Positions 36,332 through 44,170 of a DNA stretch of 64,000 bases are shown here, piece after piece. The stretch is from an uncultured delta proteobacterium. Lineage in GTDB: Bacteria; Myxococcota_A; Polyangia; Palsa-1104. The stretch spans positions 6,937-70,936 of the forward strand of contig CAWAWS010000024.1 in NCBI GenBank assembly GCA_963785725.1, given 5' to 3'. Within the stretch, counting starts at the first letter, position 1, and each line of letters opens with the position of its first letter. The notes under the pieces are model-generated. The model searched no databases. It saw only the letters and a program-made list of their open reading frames with translations, and was not told where the DNA came from. The translations under genes and the position numbers were made by a program.

Positions 36332-37615
36332 CTAGCAGAGCTCGCGGCCCGACTGATGCGGACACTGCACGAGCAGATCGACGTTCGCCGCCAAGCCGCC
36401 GCCTTTGCGATTCTCGAGCGAAATCGTGCCTTGCTGCTGGTCGACGAGCGCGCGGACGATGGTCAAGCCGAGCCCGCAGCCTTTGTCCTTCGTCGTGACG
36501 CCGGGCTGAAACAGCCGCTCGATCGCCTCCGGCGCCACGCCCGGACCGCGGTCGAGCACGCCGAGCCGCACGCGATCGGAGCTGCGCGACAAGGTCAGCT
36601 CGACCGTCCCACCGGCGGGGCTGGCGTCGATCGCGTTCTGCACGAGATTGACGACCACTTGCTTCAGCTTGCGCGGATCGCAGCGCGCTTCCACCGAGTC
36701 GACGGCGCTGGTGTCGAAGCCGATCTGCTTGTCGTTGGCGACGCCTTCGTGCAGGTCGACGACGTCGAGGATGAGGTGACGCAGATCGACCGTCTCCAAG
36801 GCCAGCCGCGACATCGGCCGCGAGAAATTGAGGAAGTGATCGAGCGCGCCATGCAGCCGCTCGACCTCTTTTTTCAGCACGGCCAGCCGCTCGGGCACGC
36901 GCTCGGGCTCGAGCTCCATCAGCGCCGCCAAGCCCTTGATGCTCGCCAGCGGGTTCTTGAGCTCGTGCGCCATCTCGGCGGAATACGTCGTCATTTCACG
37001 CATGCGCTCGACGTGCGTGTGCAAGAGCTCGTCGCGCGCTTCGTACGAGCGGCGGAAGATGGCGTCGGTGACGCTGCGAATGCGATGGCCGAGACCGTAG
37101 CCGGCGACGATGAGCGTCGACGAGCAGGACGCGAACAACAGCGTGTAGCTGCTGCTGCCGCCGGCGTTGAAGGCGCGCGGCATGATCCAGCCGCAATGCG
37201 CCAGCTGCAGCGCCGCCAACGTCCAGACGAACAGGACGCTCATGATCGTCGAGCCGAGCGCGAAGCGGCTCTCGAAGTAGACCGGCATGAAGACGGCGAC
37301 CATCAACATGCCGGGCGCGATCGGGCTGGCGAGACCGCCGCTGATCGTGACCAGCATGATCGCCGCCACCGAACGCAGCACGACGCGCTTGATGGCCGGC
37401 AACCGACCGGCGAGCCAGCTCACCATGATGAAGACGAGGCAGTGCGACAGCGCGGCGATGCGACGCCACGGCTCGATCTCGGGACCGAGCATCAGGTACA
37501 GCATCAAGACGCCCATCGCGGGCGCGGTCACCGCGGCGTGGGTCCAACGCGGCAGGCGAAAGATTTCGCGCATGGCCCCGTCGCGCAGCTCTTGAAGCTC
37601 GGTAGAAGCAGCCAT
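36332..37615 (-). CDS. membrane sensor histidine kinase (partner of the NtrC-like regulator)
   Basis: ATG 37615 (the track GTG 37663 is also possible). About 6 TM helices. H-box EMAHELKNPLASI. N/G boxes NLVQNAIDAS, DRGPGV and GCGLGL. Confidence 0.85.
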   Translation of the reverse strand: MAASTELQELRDGAMREIFRLPRWTHAAVTAPAMGVLMLYLMLGPEIEPWRRIAALSHCLVFIMVSWLAGRLPAIKRVVLRSVAAIMLVTISGGLASPIAPGMLMVAVFMPVYFESRFALGSTIMSVLFVWTLAALQLAHCGWIMPRAFNAGGSSSYTLLFASCSSTLIVAGYGLGHRIRSVTDAIFRRSYEARDELLHTHVERMREMTTYSAEMAHELKNPLASIKGLAALMELEPERVPERLAVLKKEVERLHGALDHFLNFSRPMSRLALETVDLRHLILDVVDLHEGVANDKQIGFDTSAVDSVEARCDPRKLKQVVVNLVQNAIDASPAGGTVELTLSRSSDRVRLGVLDRGPGVAPEAIERLFQPGVTTKDKGCGLGLTIVRALVDQQQGTISLENRKGGGLAANVDLLVQCPHQSGRELC

Positions 37616-37676
37616 CGTCGGCGCTCCCAGTGTACCCAAACCGTGCTGTGCTTGTCGAACCACGGCCGCTGCTACA

Positions 37677-37691
37677 GCAAGGGCGATACCA
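37677..37691 (-). promoter_or_regulatory. sigma-54 promoter-like sequence upstream of the kinase/NtrC operon
   Basis: Minus strand reads TGGTAT-cgccc-TTGC. GG and GC are at canonical spacing. It would place the TSS about 50 nt before ATG 37615. Confidence 0.35.
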
Positions 37692-37783
37692 GCTGCAAGT
37701 GTCGATTAAGATTACGAAACAAAAGTCAGTGTTGGGTTTCGAACAGCGGAAAAGAGCGCGCAGTGCTCAAAAGCGCGACACTA

Positions 37784-37960
37784 TTATGTGGGTGGCGCTA
37801 GGCGCGGCGCCGGCCGTCGCCGTTTGCCGGCGAGGCTGAAGACGAGCGCCAAAGCACCGGGCGTGACGTAGACGCTGCGCGCCCAGGCGTAGATGCCGAG
37901 GTCGCCCGCGGCGGCGCCGATGCGAAAAAGCTCGCTATAGAACTGGCTCACGAAGTCCAT
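37784..37960 (-). CDS. possible 58-aa small membrane protein
   Basis: ATG 37960. High third-position GC. MDFVSQFYSELFRIGAAAGDLGIYAWARSVYVTPGALALVFSLAGKRRR. Confidence 0.3.
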   Translation of the reverse strand: MDFVSQFYSELFRIGAAAGDLGIYAWARSVYVTPGALALVFSLAGKRRRPAPRLAPPT

Positions 37961-38058
37961 CCGTTTTCCGTTCGCGCGCAAAGCAACGCGCGTGCCGGAC
38001 GCGCGCGGTGCCGCTGGGCGGACACGCGCACGCCCGCGCACCGGCAGAGCCCAGCGAC

Positions 38059-38072
38059 GGCACGCGCGTGCC
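38059..38072. promoter_or_regulatory. 14-bp perfect palindrome GGCACGCGCGTGCC (candidate enhancer-binding-protein site)
   Basis: About 165 nt upstream of the sigma-54 promoter match. Related GCGCG(G)TGCC copies at 37988-37996 and 38003-38012. Confidence 0.35.
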
Positions 38073-38223
38073 CTAACTCGGTGCACGACCAGGCGTTGCG
38101 GCGACGTGACCGAAGTTGCCCACCGTCGCGGTTTTGACCGTTGCGTCGGGTTTTTCACCAGCATTCGACAACGGCCGTCACCGCGAGCGAACCCGTTTTC
38201 CGCGGCCGCAGACGCTTTTGCGC

Positions 38224-38239
38224 TGGGCACGCGGCTTGC
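38224..38239 (+). promoter_or_regulatory. sigma-54 (RpoN) promoter candidate
   Basis: tgGGCACG-cggc-TTGCg against consensus TGGCACG-N4-TTGCW. GG at 38226-38227 and GC at 38238-38239 with exact spacing. It predicts a TSS near 38250, which favours ATG 38280 (GAGGAG 38268-38273). Confidence 0.6.
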
Positions 38240-38279
38240 GATGACAGTCGGTGAACCCGCGAAACTCGAGGAGCTGTTG

Positions 38280-39644
38280 ATGCGCCTTTTGTCTGGAGTG
38301 ATCTTGACCCTGTCGGCGATTGCCTTCGCTTACGCGGTCGATCCGTCCTTGTTCGCGCAGCTGCCCGTGCCGACGGCGGGTGGCTGGCTGCTGGGCGCGG
38401 GCGTCGTGCTGTTGGGGCTCGTGTGGCGCTGGCACAGCATGATGTTGCGCGCCGTCGCGCCGTACACCGGCGAGGCCGCGCATGCGTCGCGCTATCCGTC
38501 GGTCACGGTCATCCGCCCGGTGCGCGGCAAGGACGTGGGCGCGGAGGACAACTTCCGCGCCGCGCTCGACACCGGCTATCCGGGCGAGGTCGAGACGCTG
38601 TTCGTGTTCGACGACGAGAACGACCCCGGCCTGCCGCTCGCGCGGGAAGTGGTGGCCGCGCACATGGCCTCGGGCCGCGCCGGCACGGCCGGCGTCATCG
38701 TCGCCGGCGCACCGCCGGCCGGCTTCACCGGCAAGCTCAACGCGATGATCGCCGGCGAGCGCCGCGCCAAGAACGAGCTGATCGCGTTCGGCGACTCCGA
38801 CACGCGCCCGGACAAGAAGGTGCTGCGCGGCGTCGTCGATGCGCTGTTGTCGCGGCCGCGCGCCGGCTCGGCGTTCGCGCCCGTCCTCGTCTACCAGCCG
38901 GCGCAGTTCGCCGGCGACGCGCTCTACGCCTTCATGCAGAACTCGATGTACTCGCCGTTGGCCGCGCATGCGTCGGGCCCGTCGCGCACGCTGCCGTTCA
39001 TCATGGGTCAGCTGATGGTCTTCCGTCGCCAGGCGCTGGCTTCGATCGGCGGCGTGAGCGCGGCCAAGGGTCAGCTCGTCGACGACATGGCCATCGGTCG
39101 CGCGCTGCACGAAGCCGGCTGGGAGAACGTCATGAGCCGCAACCCGCTGCACATCGCCACCGGCGGCATGACCTTGCGCGAGTTCATCCCCATTTACCGT
39201 CGCTGGATGAGCTTCTCGAAGAATGGCCTGCCGCTGTCGTTCACGTGGCGTCAGTGGCTCGTCGGCGCGTCGTTCTTCGTCGCGCTGTTCCTGTCGCTGG
39301 GCGCGCTGGCGGTGGGCGGGGTGCGGGCGGCCGTGCCGTCGCTGGCGGCGCTGTTCCTCGTCGGCGACTCGCTCTTGCTCTTGCACAAGCGCTATGGCGG
39401 CTCGCCGATTCCGCTGCGTTTGGCGTGGGCGGCGTGGGGCGTCTTCCTCATCTCTCCCTATGTGCTGGCGACCAACCTCCTCAAGCGGAAGGTCGAATGG
39501 CGCGGGCGCAGCTACGAGCTGGCGCAGGGTGACGCGCTGGCGGCGATTCCGGCGCCGATGCACGCCGAGCCCGACCTTCTCGACCACGACGCCGACGAGC
39601 ATTGGCCCGCCGAGCGCCCCGCTCCGCAGCACTTGATCGCCTAA
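38280..39644 (+). CDS. GT2/GT21-type lipid glycosyltransferase (ceramide glucosyltransferase / HpnI-like)
   Basis: TM helices flank a cytoplasmic GT-A domain: VIRPVRGKD, DxD FGDSD, DDMAIG and the RRW motif (IYRRWMSF). An alternative ATG at 38241 would lie inside the promoter match. Confidence 0.8.
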   Translation: MRLLSGVILTLSAIAFAYAVDPSLFAQLPVPTAGGWLLGAGVVLLGLVWRWHSMMLRAVAPYTGEAAHASRYPSVTVIRPVRGKDVGAEDNFRAALDTGYPGEVETLFVFDDENDPGLPLAREVVAAHMASGRAGTAGVIVAGAPPAGFTGKLNAMIAGERRAKNELIAFGDSDTRPDKKVLRGVVDALLSRPRAGSAFAPVLVYQPAQFAGDALYAFMQNSMYSPLAAHASGPSRTLPFIMGQLMVFRRQALASIGGVSAAKGQLVDDMAIGRALHEAGWENVMSRNPLHIATGGMTLREFIPIYRRWMSFSKNGLPLSFTWRQWLVGASFFVALFLSLGALAVGGVRAAVPSLAALFLVGDSLLLLHKRYGGSPIPLRLAWAAWGVFLISPYVLATNLLKRKVEWRGRSYELAQGDALAAIPAPMHAEPDLLDHDADEHWPAERPAPQHLIA

Positions 39645-39671
39645 CCGCCACGTCGCTCTCGAGGTATCCCC

Positions 39672-40271
39672 ATGCGTCCTCTCATGCTCATCGTCTCGAT
39701 GCTCGTGTCACAGGCCGGCCCGCGCTATCAGCACGTCGGCGGCAACCATGCGGTCGAAGTCTTTCGGCAGATGGAGTCGCCGACGATCGACCTCGTGGCC
39801 GAAGGTGACATCGACGCGCCGCCGGCGCTGATTCGCAGCATTTTGCTCGACTATCCGAACGCGCACGCGCTCAGCGATCACGTGACCGAGAGCCGCGTCC
39901 TGACGACGGGCGCGCACGAGATCATGGTCTATCAGCGGCTGAAGCTGCCGGTGGTGAGCGACCGCGACTTCACGCTGCGCGCCTTGTGGGGCGCGCGCGG
40001 CGCCAACCTGTGGACGCGCTTCACCATCGACAACAGCCACGGTCCGGCGGCGCGCGACGGCATCGTCCGCTTGACCAACATGACCGGCGGCTGGGACTTG
40101 CAGCCGATTCGCGGCGGCGCGGCCACCCACGCCGTCTACCGCGTGCAGATGGACATGGCCGGCTCGATCCCGAAGTGGATGGTCTCGGGCGGCGCCGCCA
40201 AGGATCTGCCCAAGCTGTTCGACGGCATCCGCCGCGAGGTCGTCCGCCGCTCCGTCACCGCCAGCAATTGA
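39672..40271 (+). CDS. secreted START/SRPBCC lipid-binding domain protein
   Basis: GAGG then ATG 39672. Short signal MRPLMLIVSMLVSQA. START-like blocks LKLPVVSDRDFTLR, GIVRLTNMTGGWDLQP and MAGSIPKWMVSGGA. Confidence 0.72.
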   Translation: MRPLMLIVSMLVSQAGPRYQHVGGNHAVEVFRQMESPTIDLVAEGDIDAPPALIRSILLDYPNAHALSDHVTESRVLTTGAHEIMVYQRLKLPVVSDRDFTLRALWGARGANLWTRFTIDNSHGPAARDGIVRLTNMTGGWDLQPIRGGAATHAVYRVQMDMAGSIPKWMVSGGAAKDLPKLFDGIRREVVRRSVTASN

Positions 40272-40307
40272 CGCCCACGCGCCGCTCCATTTCGCGTCTT
40301 CCCAAGC

Positions 40308-40324
40308 TGTCAGCTCTGTGTCAG
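40308..40324. promoter_or_regulatory. direct TGTCAG-N5-TGTCAG repeat just upstream of the WYL regulator gene
   Basis: TGTCAG at 40308-40313 and 40319-40324. ATG at 40335. Confidence 0.4.
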
Positions 40325-40334
40325 CAATGAGCAT

Positions 40335-40964
40335 ATGCGCCGCCGCGAGCGACTGTTCGCCATCACCGAGCACTTGCGCGGCCGCCGCAGCGGCGTGACG
40401 GCCGAGACGCTGGCGGCGCGCTTCAACGTCACCGTGCGCACGATCTATCGCGACCTCGACAGCTTGCGCGACGCGGAGCTGCCGGTGAAGGCCGAGCGCG
40501 GCGCCGGCGGCGGTTACGCGCTCGATCGCGCCTACACGCTGCCGCCGGTGAACTTCACGCCGCGCGAGGCGGCGCTGCTGGTCGCGCTCGGTCGTTGGGC
40601 GGCGGAGCTGCGCATCCTGCCGTTCGTCGAGACGCTGGCCGGCGCGCTCGACAAAGTGCGCGGCGCGCTGGGCGCATCGGCGCAGCGCGAGCTCGTCGAG
40701 CACATCGACTCCATTCAGTTCGTCGGCGTGCCGGCGCTGGGCGCGTCGCCGGCGATTCGCGCGGCCATCGAGTCGGCGTGGTTCGAGCGGCAGCCGATCC
40801 GCATTCGTTATCGCGGCGCCGACGACATCGTGTCGACACGCGTCGTACGGCTGGTGACGGTGGTGATGGAGCGCAGCCTCACCCTCCTCAACTGCGACGA
40901 TCTCGACAAGGGTGAGCGACGGCAGTTTCGGCTCGATCGCATCCTGGACGCCCAGCTCGTCTGA
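40335..40964 (+). CDS. YafY-family transcriptional regulator (HTH + WYL domain)
   Basis: HTH LAARFNVTVRTIYRDLDSL. WYL-like C-terminal region (IRIRYRGADDIVSTRVV...RQFRLDRI). Confidence 0.8.
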   Translation: MRRRERLFAITEHLRGRRSGVTAETLAARFNVTVRTIYRDLDSLRDAELPVKAERGAGGGYALDRAYTLPPVNFTPREAALLVALGRWAAELRILPFVETLAGALDKVRGALGASAQRELVEHIDSIQFVGVPALGASPAIRAAIESAWFERQPIRIRYRGADDIVSTRVVRLVTVVMERSLTLLNCDDLDKGERRQFRLDRILDAQLV

Positions 40965-40970
40965 TCTTTA

Positions 40971-40988
40971 CTGACACAAGGCTGTCAG
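40971..40988. promoter_or_regulatory. inverted repeat CTGACA-N6-TGTCAG upstream of the EVE gene
   Basis: Same hexamer as the sites upstream of the WYL regulator gene. Lies 25 nt before ATG 41013. Confidence 0.4.
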
Positions 40989-41012
40989 GAGCGCGCGCGT
41001 ACGCTGTTCGAC

Positions 41013-41465
41013 ATGGAGAACCATTGGCTCGGGGTGGTGTCGCGGGCGCACGTGGAGCGCGGCGTGGCGGGCGGATTCGCGCAGCTGTGTCATGGCCGCG
41101 CGGCGCCGCTCGAGCGGATGCGGGCGGGCGATTGGCTCGTCTACTATTCGGCGACGGCGGAGATGGGCGGCGGCGAGCGAGTGCAGGCGTTCACGGCGCT
41201 CGGCCAGCTCGTCGACGATCGCATCTACGAGGTCGACTTGGGCGATTGGCGCGCCCATCGTCGCGACGTGCGCTACGAGCCGGTCGGGCAGGTGGCGCTG
41301 GCGGAGCTGGCGCCGCAACTCCATCTGACGGCGCGGCCGCACTGGGGTTTCGCGCTGCGTCGTGGCCATCTGCCGCTCGACGCGCACGATTTCGCGATCG
41401 TCGCGCAGGCGCTGCGGCAAGCCCCGCGCCGCCGTGATACGCTCGCCGCCGCCGTCGTCCGCTGA
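41013..41465 (+). CDS. stand-alone EVE (PUA-like) domain protein
   Basis: HWLGVVSRAHVERGVAGGFAQLCHGRAAPLERMRAGDWLVYYS... fits the pattern of ~150-aa EVE-domain proteins. Confidence 0.65.
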   Translation: MENHWLGVVSRAHVERGVAGGFAQLCHGRAAPLERMRAGDWLVYYSATAEMGGGERVQAFTALGQLVDDRIYEVDLGDWRAHRRDVRYEPVGQVALAELAPQLHLTARPHWGFALRRGHLPLDAHDFAIVAQALRQAPRRRDTLAAAVVR

Positions 41466-41508
41466 CCCCAATGATAGGCGTTGCGGCACGTATGGCGCGG
41501 AGGTCCCG

Positions 41509-42450
41509 ATGATGCGCGCTTCTTCGGTAGCGACGATTTTGGGTGCGGTGGGCTTGATTGCGACGGGCTGTAGCGGGCACTCCGGGCTGTCGGGCACGGG
41601 CGACGGCGGCAGCGGCGGCGGCGGCGGGACGACCACCGACAGCGCGACGTTCACGATGACGCCGTTCTCGGTCGCGGCCGGCCAAGAGCTGTACTACTGT
41701 CAGACGTTCGCCAATCCCTTCGGCGCCGACGTCGAGATTTCGAGCTTCGAGTCGCACATGACGACGGGCTCGCATCATATGTTGCTGCTGTTTCAGGACG
41801 GCGCGACGGACGGGACGCTCACGCCGTGCAGCGGGTTGACGTTCGGGCCCATGCCGTACGGGACGCAGCAGCCGGATGGCGAGATTACCTATCCGTCGGG
41901 GATCGCGGCGCTGGTGAAGTCGACGCAAGGCTTCAACTTGGTCGTGCACTACTTGAACGCGACGATGGCCGACATCCCGTCGACCACGGTCACGGTGACG
42001 CTGCACAAGGCGACGCCGGGAACGGTGCAGCAGCACGCGGGCGTGTTCTTCTTCGACAACATCAGCGCGCTCACGCCGTCGCTCGGCGGCGGCATCCCGC
42101 CGAACACGACGAAGACGATCACCGCCAGCTACACGACGACGCAGGACATGAATGTCATTTACGCGGTGTCGCACATGCATCAGAAGTCGCTCAATCTGAC
42201 GGCGACCTACGGGACGGCGGCGACGATGCTGTACACGACCGATTCGTGGGACTCGCCGCCGTTGCAAGCCTATACGCCGCCGGTGACGCTGCCGTCGGGG
42301 ACGACGATCAACTGGGCGTGCACGATCGACAACGATTCGTCGACGGAGCTGACGTTCGGCGAGTCGGCGCTGACGAACGAGATGTGCATCTTCAACGGGC
42401 AATATTGGCCCGCGCCCGACGACAGCCCGACGATCAACATCATGCGCTGA
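41509..42450 (+). CDS. lipoprotein with PHM/DBH-type copper monooxygenase ligand pattern
   Basis: GGAGG then ATG 41509. Lipobox LIATG|C and a Gly linker. HH (res 89-90), H147, HMH (222-224) and M292. Confidence 0.65.
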   Translation: MMRASSVATILGAVGLIATGCSGHSGLSGTGDGGSGGGGGTTTDSATFTMTPFSVAAGQELYYCQTFANPFGADVEISSFESHMTTGSHHMLLLFQDGATDGTLTPCSGLTFGPMPYGTQQPDGEITYPSGIAALVKSTQGFNLVVHYLNATMADIPSTTVTVTLHKATPGTVQQHAGVFFFDNISALTPSLGGGIPPNTTKTITASYTTTQDMNVIYAVSHMHQKSLNLTATYGTAATMLYTTDSWDSPPLQAYTPPVTLPSGTTINWACTIDNDSSTELTFGESALTNEMCIFNGQYWPAPDDSPTINIMR

Positions 42451-42474
42451 CGGCGTTCGCGCGCGCGCTCGTGT

Positions 42475-44109
42475 ATGCTCGGGCGAATGCGCGCGCGCGG
42501 CTTGGTCGTCGTCGCCGGGGTCCTCGTCACCGGCTGCAGCCGCTCGCCGACGTTCACGCACGACATCGCGCCCATCCTGCACAGCCGCTGCGCGCCCTGC
42601 CATCACACGGGCGGCGCCGGGCCATTCCCGCTCGTCACCTACGCCGACGCCAAGCCGCGCGCGCGGCAGATCGAGCGCGTGACGGCGCGCGGCTACATGC
42701 CGCCGTGGAAAGCGGCGCCGACGGTGCATTACGCGAACGAGCGCATCCTCGACGCCGGTGAGCGCGCGCTCCTGCAGCGCTGGGCGACGGCGGGCGCGCC
42801 GCGCGGCGACGGGCCCGAGCCGACCGCGCCCGATTTCCGCGACGGCTGGCAGCTGGGCACGCCGGACGCCGTCGTCAAGCTGCCGCCGTACACGCTCGCC
42901 GCCGACGGGCCCGACGTCTATCGCAACTTCGTGCTGCCGTCGCCGCTGCCGGGCACGCGCTACATCGCCGCCTGGGAATTTCGCCCCGACACGCGCGCCA
43001 TCCATCACGCGATCTTGAACCTCGACGCGACCGGCTGGGCGCGCAAACGCGACGCGCTCGACGCCGCGCCCGGCTTCGACGGCATGGACCCCGGCGACAT
43101 CCAAGCGCCCGACGGCTTCTACCTCGTGTGGACGCCGGGCCAAGCGCCGACGCCGCCCGATCCGCACGCGGCCTGGCCGCTCGACGCGCGCACCGACCTC
43201 GTGCTGCAGCTGCACCTGCGACCGACGGGAAAGCCGGAGGTCATCGCGCCGACGATCGCGCTCTATCTCGCGCCCACGCCGCCGACGCAGGCGCGCGTCA
43301 CCTTGCGCATCGGCGACGTGCCCATCGATCTGGCGCCGGGCGTGCGCGACTACAAGATCCACGATCAGTGGACGCTGCCGGTCGCCGTCGAGCTGGTGTC
43401 GCTGTTCCCGCACGCGCATTACCTGGCGCAGCACATGCGCGTCTGGGCGCGATTTCCCGACGGACACGAGCAGCCGCTGCTGACGATCGACGACTGGGAT
43501 CCGGCGTGGCAAGACGAATACGTGTTGGCCGAGCCGCTGGCGTTGCCGCGCGGCAGCACGGTGGCGATGGAGTTCACGTACGACAACTCGGCCGCCAATC
43601 CGCGCAATCCCAATCGGCCGCCGGCGCGCGTCGTCACCGGCGAGCGCACGATCGACGAGATGGGCAACGTGACGCTGGTGGCGCGCGTGGCGTCGACGGC
43701 GGACAAGCTGCAGCTGCGCGAGGCCAAGTTTCGCCGGCAGCTGGCGGCGGGCGCCGGCGCGAAGGCGCGCTACAACCTCGGCAACACGCTCATGGCCGAG
43801 GGGCGCGCCAAAGAGGCGATCGAGGAGTTTCGGCGCGCGCTCACGCTCGATGGCGACTTGATGGCCGCGCAGGTCAACTTGGGCGCGGCGCTGCTCACGG
43901 TCGGCGACGTCGAGGGTGCGCGCGCGCAGCTCGACGCGGCGGCGCGGCGCTGGCCGGAGTCGGCGACGGCGCACGCCAACTTGGGCCGGGCGCTCGTCGC
44001 CGCCGGGCAGCGCGACGCAGCCGTGGCCGAGCTGCAGCGCGCGCTGGCGCTCGATCCCAATTTCGCGCCCGCCCGCGCCACGCTCGAAGCCCTACTCCGC
44101 CAGCGGTAA
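42475..44109 (+). CDS. lipoprotein: CxxCH haem motif + PHM/DBH-type domain + TPR repeats
   Basis: Lipobox VLVTG|C. CAPCHH (res 39-44). HH (177-178), H247, HAH (313-315) and M396. C-terminal TPR-like repeats (YNLGNTLMAEGRAKEAIEEFRRAL...). Confidence 0.7.
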   Translation: MLGRMRARGLVVVAGVLVTGCSRSPTFTHDIAPILHSRCAPCHHTGGAGPFPLVTYADAKPRARQIERVTARGYMPPWKAAPTVHYANERILDAGERALLQRWATAGAPRGDGPEPTAPDFRDGWQLGTPDAVVKLPPYTLAADGPDVYRNFVLPSPLPGTRYIAAWEFRPDTRAIHHAILNLDATGWARKRDALDAAPGFDGMDPGDIQAPDGFYLVWTPGQAPTPPDPHAAWPLDARTDLVLQLHLRPTGKPEVIAPTIALYLAPTPPTQARVTLRIGDVPIDLAPGVRDYKIHDQWTLPVAVELVSLFPHAHYLAQHMRVWARFPDGHEQPLLTIDDWDPAWQDEYVLAEPLALPRGSTVAMEFTYDNSAANPRNPNRPPARVVTGERTIDEMGNVTLVARVASTADKLQLREAKFRRQLAAGAGAKARYNLGNTLMAEGRAKEAIEEFRRALTLDGDLMAAQVNLGAALLTVGDVEGARAQLDAAARRWPESATAHANLGRALVAAGQRDAAVAELQRALALDPNFAPARATLEALLRQR

Positions 44110-44170
44110 ACGCGGCCCGCGTCGCGCTCGAGAATTTGCCCGCCAATTGCGCGTCTACAAACGCGGCCGT

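Noticed and set aside
37725-37750. tRNA-like T-arm resemblance (gggtttcgaac)
   Set aside because: No acceptor, D or anticodon stems can be built around it. I judge it a chance match in an AT-richer promoter region.
38241-38279. ATG 38241 as the glycosyltransferase start
   Set aside because: It lies 1 nt after the sigma-54 -12 element, upstream of the predicted TSS. ATG 38280 has a GAGGAG site and begins directly at the first TM helix.
41191-43974. 927-aa minus-strand ORF
   Set aside because: It is antisense to the EVE and both PHM-like genes, is extremely Arg-rich and has no domains.
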